From Eledone cirrhosa (lineage: Eukaryota), in the NCBI GenBank assembly GCA_964016885.1, contig OZ024740.1, forward strand, positions 422,964,001-423,028,000: a stretch of 64,000 bases of DNA, in the 5' to 3' direction. The notes under the pieces are model-generated. The model worked only from the letters and a program-made list of their open reading frames with translations. It did no database searches and was not told where the DNA came from. Shown here in pieces: positions 36,364-49,100 of the stretch; position 1 is the first letter of the stretch; every line of letters starts with the position of its first letter. The translations under genes were made by a program, and so were the position numbers.

Positions 36364-39300
36364 TATAGAGAAGGTCAGATATGTGGAGAGAGTGGTTGAC
36401 AGGTCTGGATGTAAGGCGAGCTGGACCTTAGGACAGAGAGGAGATGTTGTTAGAGAAGGTCAGAAGTGTGGAGAGAGTGGTTGACAGGTCTGGATGTAAG
36501 GAGAGCTAGACCTTAGGACAGAGAGGAGGTGTTGATAGAGAAGGTCAAAAGTGTGGAGAGAGTGGATGACAGGTCTGGATGTAAGGAGAGCTAGACCTTA
36601 GGACAGAAGGGAGGTGTTGATAGAGGTCAGAAGTGTGGAGAGAGTGGTTGACAGGTCTGGATGTAAGGAGAGCTGGACCTTAGGACAGAGAGGAGGTGTT
36701 GATTGAGAAGGTCAAAAGTGTGGAGAGAGTGGTTGACAGGTCTGGATGTAAGGAGAGCTGGACCTTAGGACAGAGAGGAGGTGTTGATAGAGAAGGTCAG
36801 ATGTGTGGAGAGAGTGGTTGACAGGTCTGGATGTAAGGAGAGCTGGACCTTAGGAGAGAGAGGAGGTGTTGATCGGGAAGGTAAGATGTGTGGAGAGAGT
36901 GGTTGACAGGTCTGGATGTAAGGACAGCTGGACCTTAGGACAGAGAGGAGGTGTTGATAGAGAAGGTCAGAAGTCTGGAGAGAATGGTTGACAGGTCTGG
37001 ATGTGAGGAGAGCTAGAGCTTAGGACAGAAGGGAGGTGTTGATAGAGGTCAGAAGTGTGGAGAGAGTGGTAGAGAGGTCTGGATGTAAGGAGAGCTGGAC
37101 CTTAGGACAGAGAGGAGGTGTTGATGGAGAAGGTCAGAAGTGTGGAGAGAGTGGTTGACAGGTCTGGATGTAAGGAGTGCTGGACCTTAGGAAAGAGAGG
37201 AGATGTTGATAGAGAAGGTCAGAAGTGTGGAGAGAGTGGTTGACAGGTCTGGATGTAAGGAGAACTAGACCTTAGGACAGAGAGGAGGTGTTGATAGAGA
37301 AGGTCAGATGTGTGGAGAGAGTGGTAGAGAGGTCTGGATGTAAGGAGAGCTGGACCTTAGGACGGAGAGGAGGTGTTGATAGAGAAGGTCAGAAGTGTGG
37401 AGAGAGTGGTAGAGAGGTCTGGATGTAAGGAGACCTAGACCTTAGGACAGAGAGGAGGTGTTGATGGAGAATGTAAGAAGTGTGGAGAGAGTGGTTGACA
37501 GGTCTGGATGTAAGGAGAGCTAGACCTTAGGACAGAGAGGAGGTGTTGATAGAGAAGGTAAGAAGTGTGGAGAGAGTGGTTGACAGGTCTGGATGTAAGG
37601 AGAGCTAGACCTTAGGACAGAGAGGAGGTTTTGATAGAGAAGGTCAGAAGTGTGGAGAGAGTGGTTGACAGGTCTGGATGTAAGGAGAGCTAGACCTTAG
37701 GACAGAGAGGAGGTGTTGATAGAGAAGGTCAGAAGTGTGGAGAGAGTGGTTGACAGGTCTGCATGTAAGGAGAGCTGGATCTTAGGACAGAGAGGAGGTG
37801 TTGTTAGAGAATGTCAGAAGTGTGCAGAGACTGGTTGACAGGTCTGGATGTAAGGAGAGCTAGACCTTAGGAAAGAGAGGTGGTGTTGATAGAGAAGGTC
37901 AGACGTGTGGAGAGAGTGGTTAACAGGTCTGGATGTAAGGAGAGCTAGACCTTAGGACAGAGAGGAGGTGTTGATAGAGAAGGTCAGAAGTGTGGAGAGA
38001 GTGGTTGACAGGTCTGGATGTAAGGAGAGCTGGATCTTAGGACAGAGAGGAGGTGTTGTTAGAGAAGGTCAGAAGTGTGGAGAGAGTGGTTGACAGGTCT
38101 GGATGTAAGGAGAGCTAGACCTTAGGAAAGAGAGGAGGTGTTGATAGAGAAGGTCAGACGTGTGGAGAGAGTGGTTGACAGGTCTGGATGTAAGGAGAGC
38201 TAGACCTTAGGACAGAGAGGAGGTGTTGATAGAGAAGGTCAGAAGTGTGGAGAGAGTGGTAGAGAGGTCTGGATGTAAGGAGAGCTAGACCTTAGGACAG
38301 AGAGGAGGTGTTGATAGAGAAGGTCAGAAGTGTGGAGAGAGTGGTAGAGAGGTCTGGATGTAAGGAGAGCTAGACTTTAGGAAAGAGAGGAGGTGTTGAT
38401 AGAGAAGGTCAGATGTGTGGAGAGAGTGGTTGACAGGTGTGGATGTAAGGAGAGCTAGACCTTAGGACTGAGAGGAGATGTTGATAGAGAAGGTCAGAAG
38501 TGTGGAGAGAGTGGTAGAGAGGTCTGGATGTAAGGAGAGCTAGACTTTAGGAAAGAGAGGAGGTTTTGATAGAGAAGGTCAGAAGTGTGGAGAGAGTGGT
38601 TGATAGGTCTGGATGTAAGGAGAGCTGGACCTTAGGACAGAGAGGGGGTGTTGATGGAGAATGTAAGAAGTGTGGACAGAGTGGTTGACAGGTCTGGATG
38701 TAAGGAGGGCTAGACCTTAGGACAGAGAAGAGGTGTTGATGGAGAAGGTCAGAAGTTGGGAGAGAGTGGTTGACAGGTCTGGATGTAAGGACAGCTGGAC
38801 CTTAGGACAGAGAGGACGTGTTGATAGAGAAGGTCAGAAGTGTGGAGAGAGTGGTTGACAGGTCTGGATGTAAGGAGAGCTAGACCTTATGACAGAGAGG
38901 GGGTGTTGATGGAGAATGTAAGAAGTGTGGACAGAGTGGTTGACAGGTCTGGATGTAAGGAGAGCTAGACCTTATGACAGAGAGGGGGTGTTGATGGAGA
39001 ATGTAAGAAGTGTGGACAGAGTGGTTGACAGGTCTGGATGTAAGGAGAGCTGGACCTTAGGACGGAGAGGAGGTGTTGATAGAGAAGGTCAGAAGTGTGG
39101 AGAGAGTGGTTGACAGGTCTGGATGTAAGGAGAGCTAGATCTTAGGACTGAGAGGAGGTGTTGATGGAGAAGGTCAGAAGTGTGGAGAGAGTGGTTGACA
39201 GGTCTGGATGTAAGGAGAGCTAGACCTTAGGACAGAGAGGAGGTGTTGATGGAGAAGGTAAGAAGTGTGGAGAGAGTGGTTGACAGGTCTGGGTGTAAGG

Positions 39301-42300
39301 AGAGCTAGACCTTCGGAAAGAGAGGATGTGTTGATAGAGAAGGTCAGAAGTGTGGAGAGAGTGGTTGACAGGTCTGGATGTAAGGAGAGCTAGACCTTAG
39401 GACAGAGAGGAGGTGTTGATAGAGAAGGTCAGAAGTGTGGAGAGAGTGGTTGACAGGTCTGGGTGTAAGGAGAGCTAGACCTTAGGACAGAGAGGAGGTG
39501 TTGATAGAGAAGGTCAAAAGTGTGGAGAGAGTGGATGACAGGTCTGGATGTAAGGAGAGCTAGACCTTAGGACAGAAGGGAGGTGTTGATAGAGGTCAGA
39601 AGTATGGAGAGAGTGGTTTACAGGTCTGGATGTAAGGAGAGCTAGACCTTAGGACAGAGAGGAGGTGTTGATAGAGAAGGTCAAAAGTGTGGAGAGAGTG
39701 GATGACAGGTCTGGATGTAAGGAGAGCTAGACCTTAGGACAGAAGGGAGGTGTTGATAGAGGTCAGAAGTGTGGAGAGAGTGGTTCACAGGTCTGGATGT
39801 AAGGAGAGCTGGACCTTAGGACAGAGAGGAGGTGTTGATTGAGAAGGTCAAAAGTGTGGAGAGAGTGGTTGACAGGTCTGGATGTAAGGAGAGCTGGACC
39901 TTAGGACAGAGAGGAGGTGTTGATAGAGAAGGTCAGAAGTGTGGAGAGAGTGGTAGAGAGGTCTCGATGTAAGGAGATCTAGACCTCAGGACAGAGAGGA
40001 GGTGTTGATAGAGAAGGTCAGATGTGTGGAGAGAGTGGTTGACAGGTCTGGATGTAAGGAGAGCTGGACCTTAGGAGAGAGAGGAGGTGTTGATCGGGAA
40101 GGTAAGATGTGTGGAGAGAGTGGTTGACAGGTCTGGATGTAAGGAGAGCTAGACCTTAGGACAGAGAAGGGGTGTTGATGGAGAAGGTCAGAAGTGTGGA
40201 GAGAGTGGTTGACAGGTCTGGATGTAAGGAGAGCTGGACCTTAGGACATAGAGGAGGTGTTGATAGAGAAGGTCAGAATTGTGGAGAGAGTGGTTGACAG
40301 GTCTATATGTAAGGACAGCTGGACCTTAGGACAGAGAGGAGGTGTTGATAGAGAAGGTCAGAAGTCTGGAGAGAATGGTTGACAGGTCTGGATGTAAGGA
40401 GAGCTGGACCTTAGGACAGGGAGGAGGTGTTGATAGTGAAGGTCAGAAGTGTGGAGAGAGTGGTTGACAGGTCTGGGTGTAAGGAGAGCTAGACCTTAGG
40501 ACAGAGAGGAGGTGTTGATAGAGAAGGTCAGAAGTGTGGAGAGAGTGGTACACAGGTCTGGATGTAAGGAGAGCTAGACCTTAGGACAGAGAGGATGTGT
40601 TGATAGTGAAGGTCAGAAGTGTGGAGAGAGTGGTTGACTGGTCTGGATGTAAGGAGAGCTGGACCTTAGGATAGAGAGGAGGTGTTTATTGAGAAGGTCT
40701 GATTTTTGGAGAGTGGTTGACAGGTCTGGATGTAAGGAGAGCTAGACCTTAGGACAGAGAAGAGGTGTTGATAGAGAAGGTCAGAAGTGTGGAGAGAGTG
40801 GTTGACAGGTCTGGATGTAAGGACAGCTGGACCTTAGGACAGAGAGGAGGTGTTGATAGAGAAGGTCCGAAGTCTGGAGAGAGTGGTTGACAGGTCTGGA
40901 TGTAAGGAGAGCTAGACCTTAGGAAAGAGAGGAGGTGTTGATAGAGAAGGTCAGAAGTGTGGAGAGAGTGGTTGACAGGTCTGGATGTAAGGACAGCTGG
41001 ACCTTAGGACAGAGAGGAGGTGTTGATAGAGAAGGTCAGAAGTGTGGAGAGAGTGGTTGACAGGTCTGGATGTAAGGAGAGCTAGACCTTAGGAAAGAGA
41101 GGAGGTGTTGATAGAGAAGGTCAGAAGTGTGGAGAGAGTGGTTGACAGGTCTGGATGTAAGGAGAGCTAGACCTTAGGACAGAGAGGAGGTGTTGATGGA
41201 GAAGGTAAGAAGTTTGGAGAGAGTGGTAGAGAGGTCTGGATGTAAGGAGAGCTGGACCTTAGGACAGAGAGGAGGTGTTGATGGAGAAGGTCAGAAGTGT
41301 GGAGAGAGTGGTTGACAGGTCTGGATGTAAGGAGAGCTGGATCTTAGGAAAGAGAGGAGGTGTTGATAGAGAAGGTCAGAAGTGTGGAGAGAGTGGTTGA
41401 CAGGTCTGGATGTAAGAAGAACTAGACCTTAGGACAGAGAGGAGGTGTTGATAGAGAAGATCAGATGTGTGGAGAGAGTGGTTGACAGGTCTGGATGTAA
41501 GGAGAGCTAGACCTTAGGACAGAGAAGAGGTGTTGATGGAGAAGGTCAGAAGTTGGGAGAGAGTGGTTGACAGGTCTGGATGTAAGGAGAGGTGGACCTT
41601 AGGACATAGAGGAGGTGTTGATAGAGAAGGTCAGAAGTGTGGAGAGAGTGGTTGACAGGTCTGGATGTAAGGAGAGCTAGACCTTAGGAAAGAGAGGAGG
41701 TGTTGATAGAGAAGGTCAGAAGTGTGGAGAGAGTGGTTGACAGGTCTGGATGTAAGGAGAGCTAGACCTTAGGACTGAGAGGAGATGTTGATAGAGAAGG
41801 TCAGAAGTGTGGAGAGAGTGGTTGACAGGTCTGGATGTAAGGAGAGCTAGACCTTAGGACAGAGTGGAGGTGTTGATGGAGAAGGTAAGAAGTTTGGAGA
41901 GAATGGTTGACAGGTCTGGATGTAAGGAGAGGTGGACCTTAGGACAGAGAGGAGGTGTTGATTGAGAAGGTCAGAAGTGTGGAGAGAATGGTTGACAGGT
42001 GTGGATGTAAGGAGAGCTAGACCTTAGGACAGAGAGGAGGTGTTGATGGAGAAGGTAAGATGTGTGGAGAGAGTGGTTGACAGGTCTGGATGTAAGGAGA
42101 GCTAGACCTTAGGACAGAGAGGAGGTGTTGATAGAGAAGGTCAGAAGTATGGAGAGAGTGGTAGAGAGGTCTGGATGTAAGGAGAGCTGGACCTTAGGAC
42201 ATAGAGTAGGTGTTGATAGAGAAGGTCAGAAGTGTGGAGAGAGTGGTTGACAGGTCTGGATGTAAGGAGAGCCACACCTTAGGACTAAGAGGAGATGTTG

Positions 42301-43101
42301 ATAGAGATGGTCAGAAGTGTGGAGAGAGTGGCTGACAGGTCTGGATGTGAGGAGAGCTGGACCTTAGGACAGAGAAGAGGTGTTGATGGAGAAGGTCAGA
42401 AGTGTGGAGAGAATGGTTGACAGGTCTGGATGTAAGGAGAGCTAGACCTTAGGACTGAGAGGAGATGTTGATAGAGAAGGTCAGAAGTGTGGAGAGAGTG
42501 GTTGCCAGGTCTGGATGTAAGGAGAGCTAGACCTTAGGAAAGAGAGGAGGTGTTGATAGAGAAGGTCAGAAGTGTGGAGAGAGTGGTTGATAGGTCTGGA
42601 TGTAAGGAGAGCTGGACCTTAGGACAGAGAGGGGGTGTTGATGGAGAATGTAAGAAGTGTGGACAGAGTGGTTGACAGGTCTGGATGTAAGGCGAGCTAG
42701 ACCTTAGGACTGAGAGGAGATGTTGATAGAGAAGGTAAGAAGTGTGGAGAGAGTGGTTGACAGGTCTGGATGTAAGGAGAGCTAGACCTTAGGACAGAGA
42801 GGAGGTGTTGATTGAGTAGGTCAGAAGTGTGGAGAGAGTGGTTGACAGGTCTGGATGTAAGGAGAGCTGGACCTTAGGACAGAGAGGAGGTGTTGATAGA
42901 GAAGGTCAGAAGTTTGGAGAGAGTGGTTGACAGGTCTGGGTGTAAGGAGAGCTAGACCTTCGGAAAGAGAGGATGTGTTGATATAGAAGGTCAGAAGTGT
43001 GGAGAGGGTGGTTGACAGGTCTGGATGTAAGGAGAGCTAGACCTTATGACTGAGAGGAGATGTTGATAGAAAAGGTAAGAAGTGTGGAGAGAGTGGTTGA
43101 C

Positions 43102-46100
43102 AGGTCTGGATGTAAGGAGAGCTAGACCTTAGGACAGAGAGGAGGTGTTGATGGAGAAGGTAAGAAGTGTGGAGAGAGTGGTTGACAGGTCTGGGTGTAA
43201 GGAGAGCTAGACCTTAGGACAGAGAGGAGGTGTTGATAGAGAAGGTCAGAAGTGTGGAGAGAGTGGTTGACATGTCTGGGTGTAAGGAGAGCTAGACCTT
43301 AGGACAGAGAGGAGGTGTTGATAGAGAAGGTCAGAAGTGTGGAGAGAGTGGTTGACAGGTCTGGATGTAAGGAGAGCTAGACCTTAGGACAGAGAGGCGG
43401 TGTTGATAGAGAAGGTCAGAAGTGTGGAGAGAGTGGTTGACAGGTTTGGATGTAAGGAGAGCTAGACCTTAGGAATGAGAGGAGGTGTTGATTGAGTAGG
43501 TCAGAAGTGTGGAGAGAGTGGTTGACAGGTCTGGATGTAAGGAGAGCTAGACCTTAGGACAGAGAGGCGGTGTTGATAGAGAAGGTCAGAAGTGTGGAGA
43601 GACTGGTAGTGAGGTCTGGATGTAAGGAGAGCTGGACCTTAGGACAGAGAAGAGGTGTTGATAGACAAGGTCAGAAGTGTGGAGAGAGTGGTAGAGAGGT
43701 CTGGATGTAAGGAGAGCTAGACCTTAGGACAGAGAGGAGGTGTTGATAGAGAAGGTCAGAAGTGTGGAGAGAGTGGTAGAGAGGTCTGGATGTAAGGAGA
43801 GCTAGACCTTAGGACATAGAGGAGGTGTTGATAGAGAAGGTCAGAAGTGTGGAGAGAGTGGTAGAGAAGTCTGGATGTAAGGAGAGCTAGACCTTAGGAC
43901 AGAGAGGAGGTGTTGATAGAGAAGGTCAGAAGTCTGGAGAGAGTGGTTGACAGGTCTGGATGTAAGGAGAGCTAGACCTTAGGACAGAGAAGAGGTGTTG
44001 ATGGAGAAGGTCAGAAGTGTGGAGAGAGTGGTTGACAGGTCTGGATGTAAGGAGAGCTAGACCTTAGGAAAGAGAGGAGGTGTTGATAGAGAAGGTCAGA
44101 AGTGTGGAGAGAGTGGTTGACAGGTCTGGATGTAAGGAAAGCTAGACCTTAGGACTGAGAGGAGATATTGATAGAGAATGTCAGAAGTGTGGAGAGAGTG
44201 GTTGACAGGTCTTGATGTAAGGAGAGCTAGACCTTAGGACAGAGAGGAGGTGTTGATGGAGAATGTAAGAAGTGTGGAGAGAGTGGTTGACAGGTCTGGA
44301 TGTAAGGAGAGCTAGACCTTAGGACAGAGAAGAGGTGTTGATGGAGAAGGTCAGAAGTGTGGAGAGAGTGGTTGACAGGTCTGGATGTAAGGAGAGCTAG
44401 ACCTTAGGACAGAGAGGAGGTGTTGATGGAGAAGGTCAGAAGTGTGGAGAGAGTGGTTGGCAGGTCTGGATGTAAGGAGAGCTAGACCTTAGGACAGAGA
44501 GGAGGTGTTGATAGAGAAGGTCAGAAGTGTGGAGAGAGTGGTAGAGAGGTCTGGATGTAAGGAGAGCTGGACCTTAGGACATAGAGGAGGTGTTGATAGA
44601 GAAGGTCAGAAGTGTGGAGAGAGTGGTTGACAGGTCTGGATGTAAGGAGAGCTGGACCTTAGGACAGAGAGGAGGTGTTGATAGAGAAGGTCAGAAGTGT
44701 GGAGAGAGTGGTAGAGAGGTCTGGATGTAAGGAGAGCTAGACCTTAGGACAGAGAGGAGGTGTTGATAGAGAAGGTCAGATGTGTGGAGAGAGTGGTAGA
44801 GAGGTCTGGATGTAAGGAGAGCTAGACCTTAGGACAGAGAGGAGGTGTTGATAGAGAAGGTCAGAAGTGTGGAGAGAGTGGTAGAGAGGTCTGGATGTAA
44901 GGAGAGCTAGGCCTTAGGACAGAGAGGAGGTGTTGATAGAGAAGGTCAGAAGTGTGGAGAGAGTGGTAGAGAGGTCTGGATGTAAGGAGAGCTGGACCTT
45001 AGGACATAGAGGAGGTGTTGATAGAGAAGGTCAGAAGTGTGGAGAGAGTGGTAGAGAGGTCTGGATGTAAGGAGAGCTAGACCTTAGGACAGAGAGGAGG
45101 TGTTGATAGAGAAGGTCAGAAGTGTGGAGAGAGTGGTTGACAGGTCTGGATGTAAGGAGAGCTAGACCTTAGGACAGAGAAGAGGTGTTGATGGAGAAGG
45201 TCAGAAGTGTGGAGAGAGTGGTTGACAGGTCTGGATGTAAGGAGAGCTAGACCTTAGGAAAGAGAGGAGGTGTTGATAGAGAAGGTCAGAAGTCTGGAGA
45301 GAGTGGTTGACAGGTCTGGATGTAAGGAGAGCTAGACCTTAGGACTGAGAGGAGATGTTGATAGAGAATGTCAGAAGTGTGGAGAGAGTGGTTGACAGGT
45401 CTTGATGTAAGGAGAGCTAGAGCTTAGGACAGAGAGGAGGTGTTGATGGAGAATGTAAGAAGTGTGGAGAGAGTGGTTGACAGGTCTGGATGTAAGGAGA
45501 GCTAGACCTTAGGACAGAGAAGAGGTGTTGATGGAGAAGGTCAGAAGTGTGGAGAGAGTGGTAGAGAGGTCTGGATGTAAGGACAGCTGGACCTCAGGAC
45601 AGAGAGGAGGTGTTGATAGAGAAGGTCAGAAGTGTGGAGAGAGTGGTTGACAGGTCTGGATGTAAGGAGAGCTAGACCTTAGGACAGAGAGGAGGTGTTG
45701 ATGGAGAAGGTAAGAAGTTTGGAGAGAATGGTTGACAGGTCTGGATGTAAGGAGAGGTGGACCTTAGGACAGAGAGGAGGTGTTGATTGAGAAGGTCAGA
45801 AGTGTGGAGAGAGTGGTTGACAGGTCTGGATGTAAGGAGAGCTGGACCTTAGGACAGAGAGGAGGTGTTGATAGAGAAGGTAAGATGTGTGGAGAGAGTG
45901 GTTAAAAGGTCTGGATGTAAGGAGAGCTGGACCTTAGGACAGAGAGAAGGTGTTTATAGAGAAGGTCAGAAGTGTGGAGAGAGTGGTTTACAGGTCTGGA
46001 TGTAAGGAGAGCTAGACCTTAGGACAGAGAGGAGGTGTTGATGGAGAAGTTCAGACGTGTGGAGAGAGTGGTTGACAGGTCTGGATGTAAGGAGAGCTGG

Positions 46101-49100
46101 GCCTTAGGAAAGAGAGGAGGTGTTGATAGAGAAGGTCAGAAGTGTGGAGAGAGTGGTAGAGAGGTCTGGATGTAAGGAGAGCTAGACCTTTGGACAGAGA
46201 GGAGGTGTTGATAGAGAAGGTCAGAAGTGTGGAGAGAGTGGTAGAGAGGTCTGGATGTAAGGAGAGCTGGACCTTAGTACATAGAAAAGGTGTTGATAGA
46301 GAAGATCAGAAGTGTGGAGAGAGTGGTTGACAGGTCTGGATGTATGGAGAGCTAGACCTTAGGACAGAGAGGAGGTGTTGATGGGGAAGCTAAGATTTGT
46401 GGAAAGAGTGGTTGACAGGTCTGGATGTAAGGAGAGCTAGACCTTAGGACAGAGAGGAGGTGTTGATGGAGAAGGTCAGAAGTGTGGAGAGAGTGGTTGA
46501 CAGGTCTGGATGTAAGGAGAGCTGTACCTTAGGACAGAGAGGAGGTGTTGATAGAGAAGGTCAGAAGTGTGGAGAGAGTGGTTGACAGGTCTGGATGTAA
46601 GGAGAACTAGACCTTAGGACAGAGAGGAGGTTTTTATAGAGAAAGTCAGAAGTGTGGAGAGAGTGGTTGACAGGTCTGGATGTAAGGAGAGCTAGACCTT
46701 AGGACAGAGAAGAGGTGTTGATAGAGAAGGTCAGAATTGTGGAGAGATTGGTTGACAGGTCTGGATGTAAGGAGAGCTGGACCTTAGGACAGAGAGGAGG
46801 TGTTGTTTGAGAATGTCAGAAGTGTGGAGAGAGTGGTTGACAGGTCTGGATGTAAGGAGAGCTAGACCTTAGGACAGAGAGGAGGTGTTGATGGAGAAGG
46901 TCAGAAGTGTGGAGAGAGTGGTTGACAGGTCTGGATGTAATGAGAGCTAGACCTTAGGACAGAGAGGAGTTGTTGATAGAGAAGGTCAGAAGTGTGGAGA
47001 GAGTGGTTGTCAGGTCTGGATGTAAGGAGAGCTAGACCTTAGGACAGAGAGGAGGTGTTGATAGAGAAGATCAGAAGTGTGGAGAGAGTGGTTGACAGGT
47101 CTGGATGTAAGGAGAACTGGACCTTAGGACAGAGAGGAGGTGTTGATAGAGAAGGTCAGAAGTGTGGAGAGAGTGGTTGACAGGTCTGGATGTAAGGAGA
47201 GCTAGACCTTAGGAAAGAGAGGAGGTGTTGATAGAGAAGGTCAGATGTGTGGAGAGAGTGGTTGACAGGTCTGGATGTGAGGAGAGCTGAACCTTAGGAC
47301 AGAGAGAAGGTGTTGATAGAGAAGGTCGGATGTGTGGAGAGAGTGGTTGACAGGTCTGGATGTAAGGAGAGCTAGACCTTAGGAAAGAGAGGAGGTGTTG
47401 ATAGAGAAGGTCAGAAGTGTGGAGAGAGTGGTTGACAGGTCTGGATGTAAGGAGAGCTAGACCTTAGGACTGAGAGGAGATGTTGATAGAGAAGGTCAGA
47501 AGTGTGGAGAGAGTGGTTGACAGGTCTGGATGTAAGGAGAGCTAGACCTTAGGACAGAGAGGAGGTGTTGATAGAGAAGGTCAGAAGTGTGGAGAGAGTG
47601 GTTGACAGGTCTGGATGTAAGGAGAGCTAGACATTAGGACAGAGAGGAGGTGTTGATAGAGATGGTCAGACGTGTGGAGAGAGTGATTGACAGGTCTGGA
47701 TGTAAGGAGAGCTAGACCTTAGGAAAGAGAGGATGTGTAGATAGAGAAGGTCAGAAGCGTGGAGAGAGTGGTAGAGAAGTCTGGATGTAAGGAGAGCTAG
47801 ACCTTAGGACAGAGAGGAGGTGTTGATAGAGAAGGTCAGAAGTGTGGAGAGAGTGGTAGAGAGGTCTGGATGTAAGGAGAGCTAGACCTTAGGACAGAGA
47901 GGAGGTGTTGATGGAGAAGGTAAGAAGTGTGGAGAGAGTGGTTGACAGGTCTGGGTGTAAGGAGAGCTAGACCTTAGGACAGAGAGGAGGTGTTGATAGA
48001 GAAGGTCAGAAGTGTGGAGAGAGTGGTTGACATGTCTGGGTGTAAGGAGAGCTAGACCTTAGGACAGAGAGGAGGTGTTGATAGAGAAGGTCAGAAGTGT
48101 GGAGAGAGTGGTTGACAGGTCTGGATGTAAGGAGAGCTAGACCTTAGGACAGAGAGGCGGTGTTGATAGAGAAGGTCAGAAGTGTGGAGAGAGTGGTTGA
48201 CAGGTTTGGATGTAAGGAGAGCTAGACCTTAGGAATGAGAGGAGGTGTTGATTGAGTAGGTCAGAAGTGTGGAGAGAGTGGTTGACAGGTCTGGATGTAA
48301 GGAGAGCTAGACCTTAGGACAGAGAGGCGGTGTTGATAGAGAAGGTCAGAAGTGTGGAGAGACTGGTAGTGAGGTCTGGATGTAAGGAGAGCTGGACCTT
48401 AGGACAGAGAAGAGGTGTTGATAGACAAGGTCAGAAGTGTGGAGAGAGTGGTAGAGAGGTCTGGATGTAAGGAGAGCTAGACCTTAGGACAGAGAGGAGG
48501 TGTTGATAGAGAAGGTCAGAAGTGTGGAGAGAGTGGTAGAGAGGTCTGGATGTAAGGAGAGCTAGACCTTAGGACATAGAGGAGGTGTTGATAGAGAAGG
48601 TCAGAAGTGTGGAGAGAGTGGTAGAGAAGTCTGGATGTAAGGAGAGCTAGACCTTAGGACAGAGAGGAGGTGTTGATAGAGAAGGTCAGAAGTCTGGAGA
48701 GAGTGGTTGACAGGTCTGGATGTAAGGAGAGCTAGACCTTAGGACAGAGAAGAGGTGTTGATGGAGAAGGTCAGAAGTGTGGAGAGAGTGGTTGACAGGT
48801 CTGGATGTAAGGAGAGCTAGACCTTAGGAAAGAGAGGAGGTGTTGATAGAGAAGGTCAGAAGTGTGGAGAGAGTGGTTGACAGGTCTGGATGTAAGGAAA
48901 GCTAGACCTTAGGACTGAGAGGAGATATTGATAGAGAATGTCAGAAGTGTGGAGAGAGTGGTTGACAGGTCTTGATGTAAGGAGAGCTAGACCTTAGGAC
49001 AGAGAGGAGGTGTTGATGGAGAATGTAAGAAGTGTGGAGAGAGTGGTTGACAGGTCTGGATGTAAGGAGAGCTAGACCTTAGGACAGAGAAGAGGTGTTG

